DNA from: Laetmonice hystrix | Taxonomy: Eukaryota | Length of the DNA stretch: 64,000 bases | Assembly: GCA_965235115.1 (NCBI GenBank) | Contig: OZ249436.1 | Location: forward strand, 3,660,001 to 3,724,000 | Direction: 5' to 3' | Shown: one piece after another, positions 24,101 through 36,744 of the stretch | How the letters are laid out: every line of letters begins with the position of its first letter | Position numbering within the stretch: position 1 is the stretch's first letter | Notes under the pieces: generated by a model | Databases searched by the model: none | Seen by the model: the letters and a program-made list of their open reading frames with translations, nothing else | What the model was told of the DNA's origin: nothing | Program-made: the position numbers and the translations under genes

Positions 24101-27100
24101 TGTTGGTATGAGACTTGTCTTTGGTCAAAAGTGGAGGGACAGGATAATTTTAAGATGTCTTTATTATATGCACTAATATTGCCACCAATTGCAGAGACTC
24201 TTATAGTTATTTTTGACGGATTCCCTAAAACTTATCAGAGATTAATCTATAAAATTTTGTGATATAGTTCTTGATGATTTCTAAAACTTTGTGATAACTT
24301 TGTAGATGATTCGATAGAAGTGCCAAGCTATAATGAAGACACAGACAATGCTGCGTATGCCCTGGCTGTCACACAGCAAGGGTACATGGCAAGGTAGGTC
24401 AAATACTGGGTTCAGTATAATGTTTAAAAGTGTAAATAAAATATCATCTGTCATATTACATTAGGTCCTAACACCTAAAAGCTAAAGGATTTCAAAGTAG
24501 GTGCATTCAATAGACCTTTTATTTATATTGAAATTCCTATGAATTTCTTGTTGTGTCAATGTTTAATATTTGATCGCGTTTTGTTTTTCCCAATTGACAG
24601 TCATGAACTTCATTCAGGAACCGGAGGTCACTTCTCACCAGAAGCTGTAGCTAATGACACTTTGTCTCCAGGTACCTCATGCTCATTTTTCATCTTCTAA
24701 AACTGGGATTTTTAACTTGGGGGCGCAGCGTCTTAGCTAATCCAGACACCGACACAGGGTCAGTTACCCCACTCACAACCAGGGGGTTTTACAGATTCAT
24801 AGAGAAACTCTGGACTTATTCCAGTTCTCTGATATATGTTGTCTTTCTGCAGCATTTAATCAATTTCATAAGGCAGGCAGATTACGTGATAATTTCATTT
24901 TTACCATGGACATTTCTTAATTGTTGTTTACTCTGGTTTCTGGATCTAATTCTAGGTGAACTTAAACAGGCGCTTGTTGCCATGATGCTCCGCAAGGATG
25001 AGTTAGAACGGCTCTGTCATTCACTACAGGTAAAGATTTTTACTTGATTTTCCAGCAGTAGTAATTTCCAGAAACGTTGTTGGCTCCTCCTCCTTAAAGT
25101 ATAAGAAAAGCTTTTTGTTAATGTTCTGATCTGTTTCCTACTGAATTTAATCCATGTGGTATCTTTTGTTTTTGTCCTTGAAGGGCGGCCTTGAGGTTGA
25201 GCATGAAGTCTCAGCTGGTTTACGGATTGAGTTGGAGGAAGTCAAGCGGAACAGCGCTGCACTTGAGGAAAAAGATGCTGAGAAGTTGAAAGCACTTTCA
25301 AAGTAAGTACTGCTTCATGATGCTGGTTTGGATCTAAGGCTATTTGAGAACTGCCTTAAGTGTAAGTTCTGTTCTTTTCCCGTTCAGAGAAAATGAGCTG
25401 CTGAAGCATCAGTTGCGGAAGTATGTGAATGCCGTCCAGATGCTTCGTACCCGCGGTGCCTACACAGACGGTGAGTGAAGTATTGACTGCCGTTTTATTC
25501 CAGTCCTATGTTAACATGGTTGAGTCCTTGTTTGAGGAATCATTGCTCTATTATGTAATTCCCATGAATTATGGGGTAGTGGTGAGAGATAATGTTTTTG
25601 TCAGGTCTTGAGACGGAGGTAGACGTTAGCGTTCAGATCAGGGCAAGTGTTACCACGGGGGATTGATTATTGGAGAATTGGTTTCAGATATCCCGGGGAT
25701 TCATATGGAGGAACCTCAACCTGTTATACCACCACCCAAACCCAGCATTGACTACAGCCATGAGGCCTCGGAATACGAGAAAAAACTTATACAGGTCAGT
25801 CGGTGGGCTTTGTTAAATACAGGGATGAGATTTTTAGGGGCCCTTGAACCTTACAGTTCAAGAAACAGCAGCTTTGGGGGCCTCCCCCCAAAAACGGATC
25901 TGCAGAAAATCCTGAAAGTAAAACTGTGAATGTGTCCCAAGTGACGAGTGCACTGAGTAACCCCCATGCCCCTGGGTACTACCTGCAGTCAGTACTGTAA
26001 GTTTGACCTGTTTGACCTGCAGTCAGTACTGTAAGTTTGACCTGTTTGACCTGCAGTCAGTACTGTTTGACCTGTTTGACCTTGTAGGTGGCCGAGATGC
26101 ATGGTGAGTTGATGGAGTTTAACGAGGTCCTGCACCGTCAGCTGAGTAGTGTTTGACCTGTTTGACCTGTTTGACCTTGTAGGTGGCCGAGATGCATGGT
26201 GAGTTGATGGAGTTTAACGAGGTCCTGCACCGTCAGCTGAGTAGTGTTTGACCTGTTTGACCTGTTTGACCTTGTAGGTGGCCGAGATGCACGGTGAGTT
26301 GATGGAGTTTAACGAGGTCCTGCACCGTCAGTTGAGCAGTAAGGAGATAACAATTAGACGACTCAAACAAGAACTCACAGACCTTCGTGGACCCGTAAGT
26401 TTGTCTACTTATAACTTATACTTATGAACCTTTAACTGTTTATTTCCATGGACAAGTGGGGCTGTCAAACATCTCACCACCCCGTCATACCATATTGTCC
26501 CGTCATTGAATGCCAATTTGTGCTAGAGTTTAATATGATTAAGGTTTCTTTTCTTTTGGTAATACAAATATAATTCTATTTGTGTTTTGACCAGCTGCCC
26601 GCTGAGTTCCAAGGTTCCGACGACAGCACCAGTGTGTCCTCAGATATTGATGTGTAAGTGTCATGGGTCTGTACTAAACGTTCAGTGTGCCAGGCAGCTG
26701 ATCTTAAACAGATTTTGCACCAAATTTTGTCACTTCTGAGGTAAAAAGTCAGCAATATCAAACTAATATTAAAAGTGTAGAGATTTGCTAATAGTTTTTA
26801 TGAAGCTTTTATGTATTTTTGTTCCTCATACTTTCATATAACTGTGATACATTTATCTCTACAGAGCCTCGATGAACCGCCCCTTAGTCAATATTTGGAT
26901 TCCTTCAGCCTTTCTCCGAGGAACAACTTCAGATGCTTATCATATTTATCAGGTAAATGTCCAGAACATTCCTGACCCGTGTAATATTGCTGTGATCTCT
27001 TAACAGATGATATACAGTAGGTGTCTATATGTTATAGGTTTATGTTCGCATCCGAGATGAGGAATGGAACGTCTACCGCCGCTACGCAGAATTTCATGAA

Positions 27101-29657
27101 CTTCACTCCAAGCTTAGGAAGAAATATCCCATTGTCAACACGTATGAATTTCCTCAGAAAAAGACATTTGGAAACAGGGTAAGTAGACACAGTTACTTAT
27201 ATCCCGGTGAGTGAAACCTCAAGGACAGACCGTCTGTGGTTGAAGAAGTACACTATTGAATCCAATGAATGGGACACGATTATTATAGGTATCCAGTAAA
27301 CCTCAAGGGCAGACCGTCTGTGGTTGAAGAAGTACAATATTGAATCCAATGAATGGGCCACGCTTATTATAGGTATCCAGTGACAGACCGTGGTTGTCTG
27401 AAGAAGTACAATATTGAATCCAATGAATGGGACACGATTATTATAGGTATCCAGTGACAGACCGTGGTTGTCTGAAGAAGTACAATATTGAATCCAACGA
27501 ATGGGACACGATTATTATAGGTATCCAGTGACAGACCGTGGTTGTCTGAAGAAGTACAATATTGAATCCAATGAATGGGACACAATTATTATAGGTATCC
27601 AGTGACAGACCGTGGTTGTCTGAAGAAGTACAATATTGAATCTAATGAATGGGACACGATTATTATAGGTATCCAGTAAACCTCAAGGACAGACCGTCTG
27701 TGGTTGAAGAAGTACAATATTGAATCCAATGAATGGGACACAATTATTATAGGCATCCTGTGACAGACCGTGGTTGTCTGAAGAAGTACAATATTGAATC
27801 TAATGAATGGCACACAATTATTATAGGTATCCAGTGACAGACCGTGGTTGTCTGAAGAAGTACAATATTGAATCCAATGAATGGGACACAATTATTATAG
27901 GTATCCAGTGACAGACCGTGGTTGTCTGAAGAAGTACAATATTGAATCCAATGAATGGGACACAATTATTATAGGTATCCAGTGACAGACCGTGGTTGTC
28001 TGAAGAAGTACAATATTGAATCCAATGAATGGCACACGATTATTATAGGTATCCAGTTTTATAAAAAGCAGGCTGAGGCAAATATTAATTTATAAGATGT
28101 CTTCATTCTTAACTGAAATGTTTCCTTAAGGGTGTAATTTCTAAAGTTAGTTCAGTGTGAGCTGCAGATATTGAGATCATCAAGGCTGTAGACAGTTGTT
28201 GGATAATTGTGCTGCTACCTTTAATTCAGGACCCCAAGTTTGTGGAGGAGCGGCGACGTAAACTACAGATCTACCTACGTCAGGTGATCAACCTGCTCCT
28301 TCAGACTAACGTGGATTTTATTGCCAATGTCAGCCGCGAGAGACTTCTCCAGGTAGCGCCGTTCTTTGGGTGAGAGATCTGTGTTAATGTCTTTATTTGA
28401 ACAGTTAACTTGTTTTTTTTTTATAATTGAAACAACTGCTGTTTGTTTTAATTTACTGGTAGTTTTATCAAGTTTTGAAAGGTGAAATAAAATAGTAGTA
28501 AGAGAGACAACGGGAAGTAAGGAATTTCATTGTTATAGAGATATACTTGCACTTATTATGTGTGTCATATAATAATGTTATACATCCTCATGTCTTCATA
28601 CATCCTACACACATGTTCCTGTGATATATTCCAATAGACAAGAAATAATTTTATCACGACAGTTAGTAATAGCAATCATGGTAACACTGCCATAGACTTA
28701 CTTACAACAGAGCAGGTTCCTGGCATTTAACATACAATTAAACATAAGCTCTTTGATAAATTTATCTTAAACAGATCTGAGTAACTGTAAGTACCTTCAG
28801 ATGTGAATTCATGCATAGGTACTAAAGTTATGCATACATTCATCCCTGAACCTTAGCAAAGATCTGGACACGTTTTTTTATTCTTTTGAAATTAAAGTGA
28901 CGATATTGAGAAATGTTCATAGATCTGTCCTCCAGTCGATACCCGTGTCTCTACTAGCAAACATTTGGTGTGAAGTTGCAACAGGTATTCTTCTATTCAT
29001 TTGTATGAAAAAAACAATGGCAGAAAGAAAGAAAGGTAATAAGGTAATACACCCATATCAGTAAATGATTTATGGTCTTTTGTTCAAATCAGCAAAGGAA
29101 TTGGTTTAAGTTTATCGTTATTTGGATTTTGGTGGAAATTGAATCTGGTAATAAGACCCCAACAGATTGCTTGCTTGCTCGTACTAAGTCCTAGATATTG
29201 GTAAGAGCTTCCATTGCCTTATTATCAAGCTAGTGCTAAGTTCAGGTGACACGTAGGAGGATATAAACATGGCAGCTTAAGGAAAAGAAGTATCCAAGAA
29301 ATATAAGAAATCTGGGATTCGTTCTCAGTGATGAGAATAAAGTTTTGTAGAATAAAAATAATTCTGAGAAGGAAAATCATATGCAGGAATTGAAGATTTA
29401 CATGTGACGTTGGATTAGAAATATCCTAAATCTATCAACCTTAGTTTAAACTACCAGGTAGTATTATAGACTTACTGGTATATTACTGGTATGTATTAAG
29501 GGTGATTGTGATACTGACCACATACCTTATAATTCACAGTGAGGTGCCTGCTGAAGACAAGAAAAATAGACGAAAATCTTCAAAAAGGAAAGGGGGAGGT
29601 CGAGTACCCCCAGCTACACCAGCTCAGACCCAGGCCCAGCATTACACGGGGTTGTGA
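15196..29657 (+). CDS. SNX29: Sorting nexin-29 (RUN domain, coiled coil, PX domain), about 1083 aa, 21 coding exons
   Basis: Exons: 15196-15202, 17179-17246, 17500-17552, 17805-17885, 18601-18686, 20516-20690, 21746-21987, 22334-23543, 23868-23992, 24306-24393, 24601-24671, 24956-25029, 25184-25302, 25388-25470, 25688-25794, 26278-26394, 26595-26653, 26865-26952, 27038-27178, 28230-28369, 29540-29657. Sum 3252 nt, open frame, all GT-AG. Motifs: LLDAVKQCQVRFGG, GRGRAWLRSTLNEHSLEKY (RUN), MLPMMAAGLGSILFAINIDN, VAEMHGELMEFNE, IWIPSAFLRG, WNVYRRYAEF, FVEERR (PX). Confidence 0.95.
15926..16406. mobile_element. Degenerate hAT-like MITE in SNX29 intron 1
   Basis: GGGGTGGAAATT...AATTTCCACCCCTG inverted termini, same terminus family as 52127-52386; no clear target duplication. 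Confidence 0.5.
18654..20100 (+). repeat. 60-64-bp tandem array, about 23 copies: SNX29 exon-5 end and 5' splice site
   Basis: Unit ctggacaacattcaacacctggaaacagaaccag|gtaagtgccataatacactaccaaatcttc; the first copy is the coding exon end (LDNIQHLETEP). Confidence 0.97.
20107..20537 (+). repeat. 56-bp tandem array, 8 copies: 3' splice site and SNX29 exon-6 start
   Basis: Unit tttagtgatatgaaataagtggtgaatattgcag|tgttctggcagtacgtgaagga; AG ends at 20123, 20179 ... 20515; only the last copy continues as the exon. Confidence 0.97.
21501..21808 (+). repeat. 81-bp tandem array, 4 copies: 3' splice site and SNX29 exon-7 start
   Basis: Unit caatggtttgtttattag|gaccttgtttgaggactggtcattcctgagggaccaggaacgatcgagtatgctcccaatgat; AG ends at 21502, 21583, 21664, 21745. 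Confidence 0.96.
25981..26340 (+). repeat. 95-bp tandem array, 3 copies (plus gtttgacct sub-repeats): 3' splice site and SNX29 exon-16 start
   Basis: gtttgaccttgtag|gtggccgagatgcaYggtgagttgatggagtttaacgaggtcctgcaccgtcag; exon-like starts at 26088, 26183, 26278. Confidence 0.95.
27213..28057. repeat. 74-84-bp tandem array, about 11 copies, in SNX29 intron 19
   Basis: Unit gacagaccgtggttgtctgaagaagtacaatattgaatccaatgaatgggacacgattattataggtatccagt. Confidence 0.95.
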
Positions 29658-30132
29658 CGTCATCAGTTAGGGGGAGTTAGTAAAATAATCCTACCAGCTA
29701 TTCCGGTGACCGAGCAGAATGGAAGAAATGATGAGAGGGAGCAGTGGGATAGGTCAAATACTGCCTTGGCCGTCAATCCCTGATTGTCAAACCTCTTACA
29801 GTAAGTTTGAACATTTAACAAAAACATAATTTCATGCGTCCCCGGTAGCATCTTCAACTCGTTTAAAAACGGTGATGACAAAAGAAAGAGAAATTATTTA
29901 GAAAAGTTAAGTTGATATTTATATGTGTGTCCTTTGCTAGGAAGGAAAGATAATGCAGTGACGAATACTTAAAGCTTCATCAGTATTATTATGTCTTTCT
30001 GGTGAGAAAGGAGGTCTGGTACAGTGGATGAATATATTTATGTAAGCGCAGAGATTGAACAGTTATACATTCAGCAAGGTGGAATACCATTAAACAGGTC
30101 TGCCATTAAAACAGAAAATTAACGTGTACGTC

Positions 30133-30490
30133 CAGGGGTCGAAAAATCCAACTTTTGGCCACTAGCCCAGGCTAATGTTGTGTTAGTCCACCACTTTGAG
30201 CAGCTAGTCCACATATTTGCATACATTACTTGGACTAACCCACAGCTAGGGGTCCAAAATACAGCTTTGACATGTGGAACATCATCAAAATCACACAATG
30301 CTGGCATCTCTCTCTGGTCCTGCATGACCACGCAAACTACAAATTCGATATCTCATTTTATCGGCACGTCCGTGGGATAAAATGGCACATCTGTCAGACT
30401 AATTTAATGCATTTGTTTGGCTTTTGGGGGTAGTCCGACCCAAAACAATGCTAATCCCAGGCGTCGGACTACCCGATTTTTCAACCCCTG
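30133..30490. mobile_element. hAT-like MITE
   Basis: CAGGGGTCGAAAAATC...GATTTTTCAACCCCTG termini; flanks acgtc/acttc resemble a 5-bp duplication with one mismatch. Confidence 0.6.
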
Positions 30491-31340
30491 ACTTCACCTT
30501 CCTGTAAAGCCTGTCTGTTAGGAGATATAATGTAGCAGGCTTGTCTTGGGTTGACAGACCCACAAAGAATGTTGTTGATATCTTTGTTGAATCCACTGTG
30601 ATTATAAATCATGTTACAATGTTATTTATATTTTTCTCATTGACGAATTCTCTATGATGCTTCTTGGAGGTTTACCAATGAAAATGTTCTACGCATGTCA
30701 TAGATATTGAGAAATCCTGTCTGGAGCCAATGGTTTCTAAACCGAGCAGTGTTTCTGTGAAATTCTCTCATGATTTGGTACAGTAACATTCAGTGATGAA
30801 GACGTGTAAGACCTCGCTGTACATTTTAAATTAGATTCGTGACTCCAAGTTCAGATCTGCCGTATGTATTGCATCAAATTGTTTTCTCTCCGTGCATGGT
30901 TTAACTGTTTGATCAACAGTGTAATGGTATTTTTTGTTATTGGCTGTGCAGTTACCTCAAATCACAGGAATTGAAAAAAGAGGAATTATTTTGAGCCGGG
31001 GGAGGGGGGAGGGAGGATGGATGGTAAGAACCCAGACATGGAAGAGAAACCGTAAAATATCTGAATACAGGACTTGTATTTAAAACAAACATGGGTTCAT
31101 AAATTCTTGGCAACTTCTGTTCGATCTCCTGTGCTCTGTTGGAAGATGCTCATGTACCAAACTGACAGGGACTGGCCTTAAGAATTGGAGTACAAATATA
31201 GAAGCTACGTGCATTATAAGGATGTGAAATACATTTTTTCTCGAGATAATGTGGTTGTTTTCCCCAGTCATGTGAAATTAACCCATGATGGGGTTGTGGA
31301 ATGTAAAGTGATGTGAAAGTTCCTGAGATGTGAGAGAAAC

Positions 31341-32152
31341 TGTCTGTTGATCATGTTTTTGTAGGGCTCTCAGTACGAAGCACAAGACACCAAAGTGAGA
31401 GTTCCTCTCACGTGGCTGTCTGTTGATCATGTTTCTGTAGGGCTCTCAGTATGAAGCACAAGACACAAAAAGTGAGAGTTCCTCTCACGTGGCTGTCTGT
31501 TGATCATGTTTCTGTAGGGCTCTCAGTATGAAGCACAAGACACAAAAAGTGAGAGTTCCTCTCACGTGGCTGTCTGTTGATGTTTTTGTAGGGCTCTCAG
31601 TACGAAGCACAAGACACAAAAAGTGAGAGTTCCTCTCACGTGGCTGTCTGTTGATCATGTTTCTGTAGGGCTCTCAGTATGAAGCACAAGACACAAAAAG
31701 TGAGAGTTCCTCTCACGTGGCTGTCTGTTGATGTTTCTGTAGGGCTCTCAGTACGAAGCACAAGACACAAAAAGTGAGAGTTCCTCTCACGTGGCTGTCT
31801 GTTGATCATGTTTCTGTAGGGCTCTCAGTACGAAGCACAAGACACAAAAAGTGAGAGTTCCTCTCACGTGGCTGTCTGTTGATCATGTTTCTGTAGGGCT
31901 CTCAGTACGAAGCACAAGACACAAAAAGTGAGAGTTCCTCTCACGTGGCTGTCTTTTGATGTTTCTTTAGGGCTCTCTGTACGAAGCACAAGACACAAAA
32001 AGTGAGAGTTCCTCTCACATGGCTGTCTGTTGATGTTTCTGTAGGGCTCTCTGTACGAAGCACAAGACACAAAAAGTGAGAGTTCCTCTCACATGTTTGT
32101 CTGTTGATGTTTCTGTAGAGCTCTCTGTACGAAGCACAAGACACAAAAAGTG
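31341..32152. repeat. 74-77-bp tandem array, about 11 copies, each with a small hairpin
   Basis: Unit ctgtctgttgatcatgtttctgtagggctctcagtacgaagcacaagacacaaaaaGTGAGAGttcCTCTCACgtgg. Confidence 0.95.
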
Positions 32153-33781
32153 ATAACAGAAGCACAACATTTGTATTTGAAAATTTAACAGGTTTTGGGG
32201 AGACAGGAGAGCGAACATATCAGGTATGGTGTAAGTGTATTTTTGTAGGGCTAAGTTGTACATTTATGGAATCAGTACGTTAGAAAATAGAGTTACGAGG
32301 TACGGTAAGTTTAAAATGTTGGTTCGCAACACGCGGTAAAGGATCCTACGGGATCCTAAGTAAATTAGTCCATAGTATTCTATCAAACCAAAGCTAGTGT
32401 GAATGATTATGGTGGGAGGACTGAGTGACCTTGACATTGAGAGATGACAGGAAGTCAAAAGTCGTCGTGTGACTTTGAACTGAAATCTTAACACCCATTT
32501 TTAGAAATCCAATATTCTCCTGGACCTCCTGCCGCTTGGGTATTACATGGGGGTTAACATGGGTAGATTGTACACAAGTAACAATTCAGCCATATTACAG
32601 TGTATTACAGTAAATGGCACTGTTTCTATGTAATGGAGGAAAAAAGAGTGTGTCTCTGCATATTAAGTGCATTTTATTAGTACACGATATAGAGCAATAT
32701 ATCAAAATCATGTTTGGAATTTTGCTATAATTATTTGAGCTTTAAGTTTGAAGTGCCCGTGGTGCACTGAGCAGCTACAGCAGTGTTAAAGTGTCCGGTT
32801 GTGTGCAATATGACGTGTATACCTACACGCGTCCTGTAGTTAGAGAGTTGTGGCACTAACCACGTGGATGGTCACAAAGGTGGTGTAGAACGACGGTACA
32901 TGTAGTTGTATGTGTAAAGTTCTCTATATTCATTGTTCAGTAAGTCAGAACGTGTGGGTACTGAGTATATACAAAGTATACCGATAACATTGAATGAGGA
33001 AAAAATAATTGTCTAATTACTTCTGAAACAATGAACAGAACATTGACCTGGAAGCCTTAGACGATTGTATTCAATGGTTGGGTACCCAGTGTCCAAAAAC
33101 TGGGCAAGTTGGAAGTGCAGCCAAGAAGAGTACGGGGGGGTGTCAATTTTTAAAGTGATTTAAATCAATTCACTCTACATCAATGGCTTTTAAAGATTTC
33201 TTTTAAAAAAAATCTACTCTAACAAACTAACAAAATCTAATACGGTACAGTTGAGTCTCGTTATAAAGAGTCCCGTTACAAAATAATCCCATTCCCAGAG
33301 AATAAAGTTATTCTCTGGAACGGAAATTCTGTCTGTTTCCACAGCAATGAGAACCCTGAGACTACCCCCCCCCCCCCCCCACGTCCGCCCCTCTAAAACC
33401 AAAGTGGCCATTGAAAAAATTTCTATGGTTATAACGAATTTTCACATATAGACCTGAGGAATATTTTCCCCGCATCCCAACTTCTCCTTTAATACCGGCC
33501 TCGACTGTATTGGTACATTTAAAGAAATCGATTTCCATCTTTAAATTGGTGACGTGGTGAGTGTCTCCGTGTGTCTGATATTTGTATATCAGGGGGTGTT
33601 TTGTCAACCGGCCGTGCGTGATTCACGGGTATCCTAAGTTGCCGGTAGTTGGTGCTAAAGTTGAAAGATTCTGGAGTTAAATCAATGTATTCGACATATA
33701 TCATTAAATAACTAATTAGAACAGGCAGGTATGAACATACGTGATTTCTGACAGCAGTGGGGGTGAAATAGTTGAATTAAA

Positions 33782-35101
33782 GGGTCATTCTCCTGAAAAC
33801 GTATAAAACCCGAAACGAAAAACCAAAAAAAAAAATCTATTCCAATCAAATTCGTTTTTATTATCTGAAACATACATTATATGAACATTTTAAAATGACA
33901 TATACTTGAGCTCCCACCTTCATACAACCCTGAAATTTTTGGAGGAAATGTTCCTAACCCATGACCTTTTTGTCAGTGGTGTGACCCCCACAAATCTTGG
34001 TGCATACTGACTGCAAAGATGTTGAATTCTAATAGTGCGTTGTTAAATATTTTCCACTTAGGTCACCTGGACAGGAAATATAGCTATATTTCCTGTAATT
34101 GAAAAAAGTGATCTTATGGCAGTGATTTCATCACTGGTCACACCACTGACAAATTACATAAACACCACTGACGGCAAGTAACACCACTGACTTAAATTGA
34201 CTTAAACATCACAGACAGCATGCGTCGTGCGTCATACGGTGTATTTCCAGCTTAACATCTAGTATTGAACCATCTAAAACAACTTAACATGCTGTAGAGA
34301 CCTTGACTGTTCTCAAATGTCAGTGGTGTTACCAGTAGGTGTCACACCACTGACGCGTAACACCACTGACATTTTATGTTTAAATAATGACTGCTCCTGA
34401 CCATTGGTCATATCATCAAGGTTAATTATGTTTTGACACAGGGCTACACTTACTTAATCTGCACATATAATTTCTTAAGAATATCTGGTATAATAAGGGT
34501 GATATTAAGGTAACACTACTGACACCTAATTAAAATACTCAAGAGACTTGACCAAAATAATTTCATTTTTTTTAAAAACCTGTAAAACTTCGCTAACTGT
34601 TTCACGTGTGTCTGTGGCCAGGAAGTCGTACTGCCCTCTCGTGTTGAAAAATGGAACTTCAGGGATCAGTTATTATCTCAAATGCGAGATCTGGTGTCTG
34701 GTAACACCACTGACAAAAAATGCGGTGACGGCCGTTGTAGTGTAATTTTTCAGAGAATAACGTGTATGATCAATATTTTTCTTGTATAAATTAATTAAAG
34801 GCATCATTCTGTTATATAAATATCAGTAACTTCAAGCACATTTAATTATTAATGTGCTTGAAGGAAGAAACAACATTGGAGACCAACATTAGTGACAAGC
34901 GATTTTGCTCATTTTTTGATTCCTTATTGGCTGTAAAAAATTAGATTACCACATAATATAGTATAAATAGAGTGTTTTTTACAAGAAAGACATTAATTAA
35001 TCATATTACGTTCGAAATTAGTGGTCTTGTTCATTTTCTCCAGAAATATTCTAATATAAATAGCAGTGACGTCACTTTATACGTTTTCAGGAGAATGACC
35101 C
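33782..35101. mobile_element. 1.3-kb non-autonomous DNA transposon, Sola-like
   Basis: 26-bp perfect TIR GGGTCATTCTCCTGAAAACGTATAAA / TTTATACGTTTTCAGGAGAATGACCC; 4-bp duplication TAAA on both sides; about 9 internal ACACCACTGAC motifs in both orientations. Confidence 0.82.
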
Positions 35102-36156
35102 TAAAAGCGAAGAATTAAAATTGAAGGTTGCCCTGGATACACACCACAGGGGCTGCGTTCTGTACCTCAAGATGTATGAATAGTTCAGTGTGACCGCGGC
35201 TCAAAGACGTGGAAACGAGGAGAAAATGACTTATTGCTATTTGATTTGGGACCCATTAAATGGGTAATAATTTTGTAATGCGTCAATTTTGTGTGTTGGC
35301 TACCGGAGAAATATATTTTTAGAATTTAGCTCCCCGCCGAATAACTTGTAATCTGTTCAGTGATTCCCATCGCCAGACAATATTAACGATTGACATAATT
35401 TATAGTAACCGTGAATTTACAGAGCTTAGTGTGAAAACTCTACGAACGCTAATTATATCACGTACCGGTATTTGAAATCATCCTAACGTCATATCCAATT
35501 ATTTATTAAATTAACAACGGTTAAACTGTTCAAATGTATAGTTACTCGGACTCTATGAAATACGGAACAGTCCTAACAAATCGAAACCAAGGCATGTGTC
35601 TGGATTTTCCAGAGTAAGTAATAATGGTAGTGGGTTGTTCCGTTCACATCAAATATTCATAGAACAGTCCCAAGATTTTCGACAAAGAAACAAGTTGTAA
35701 ACTGATAACATCATTGATATAATCTATGTTAATGACTGGGTAGGAGTTGATTATCTGACTCAGTTGATACAATACGTATGATTTTCGAAACAAATCCAGG
35801 TAATCGCAAAATGTATTCAAATAATTGCATTTACAGAATTCCAAGCTTGTGTGAAGGTTTATAGATAGGACATTCCACCTACTGTGGTATGCATGAAGCA
35901 CGCGCATGAAATATTCATGCATAGCTTTGAGTATGAAGTTCATTGGTTTTGTCAGCATGGAGGACCCATTAAGAGAATACCTATGGATTTAGTGGTGTGT
36001 GTGTACGTGCTTGAAGCTGCCAAATGCTCGTAGATGTAGGATATGTGCATGCCATCATCAGTCCCAACATAAACAATGTTACCAAAAGTTATGTTTGTAA
36101 GCATATCCATCAGATGATGCAACATAAATGCATTGGTGAGAAACCAAGAAATGCTT

Positions 36157-36499
36157 TGTGTCTGATATAAATCTGGGCGTGTCTTGATCTGTGTCTAGTA
36201 TAAATCTGGGCGTGTCTTGGTCTGTGTCTGATATAAATCTGGGCGTGTCTTGGTCTGATATAAATCTGGGCGTGTCTTGGTCTGTGTCTGATATAAATCT
36301 GGGCGTGTCTTGGTCTGTGTCTGGCGTGTCTTGGTCTGTGTCTGATATAAACCTGGGCGTGTCTTGGTCTGTGTCTGATATAAATCTGGGCGTGTCTTGG
36401 TCTGTGTCTGATATAAACCTGGGCGTGTCTTGGTCTGTGTCTGATATAAATCTGGGCGTGTCTTGGTCTGTGTCTGATATAAATCTGGGCGTGTCTTGG
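36157..36499. repeat. 33-bp tandem array, about 10 copies
   Basis: Unit tctgtgtctgatataaatctgggcgtgtcttgg. Confidence 0.95.
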
Positions 36500-36744
36500 T
36501 GTGATGTGTACACCGAACTGGCTCTGAGTGTCCGTCAATAAAACCAAACACATGGGACTGCGGGACGTACCCAGGAAATATCAGGACTCCTGGTGGGATC
36601 ATGGAGAGTGTTAGAGATGGTTTGCTGAGTCACCAGGGTTTAGTAGCCTTCGGTAAGCTGCTGATTTAACAGGAGTTAGAGTGAGGATCGGGAGAGTCTT
36701 GAGTGTCCCAGTGAGAAATTCTTGTCACAGGTAGGGTTGGGGGC

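Noticed and set aside
27213..28057. AG|GT in each unit (ttatag|gtatcc), and in the 9823-10669 array, as recursive splice sites
   Set aside because: AGGT is expected by chance in a sizeable fraction of 60-80-bp units, donor matches are weak, and the units contain no exon sequence.
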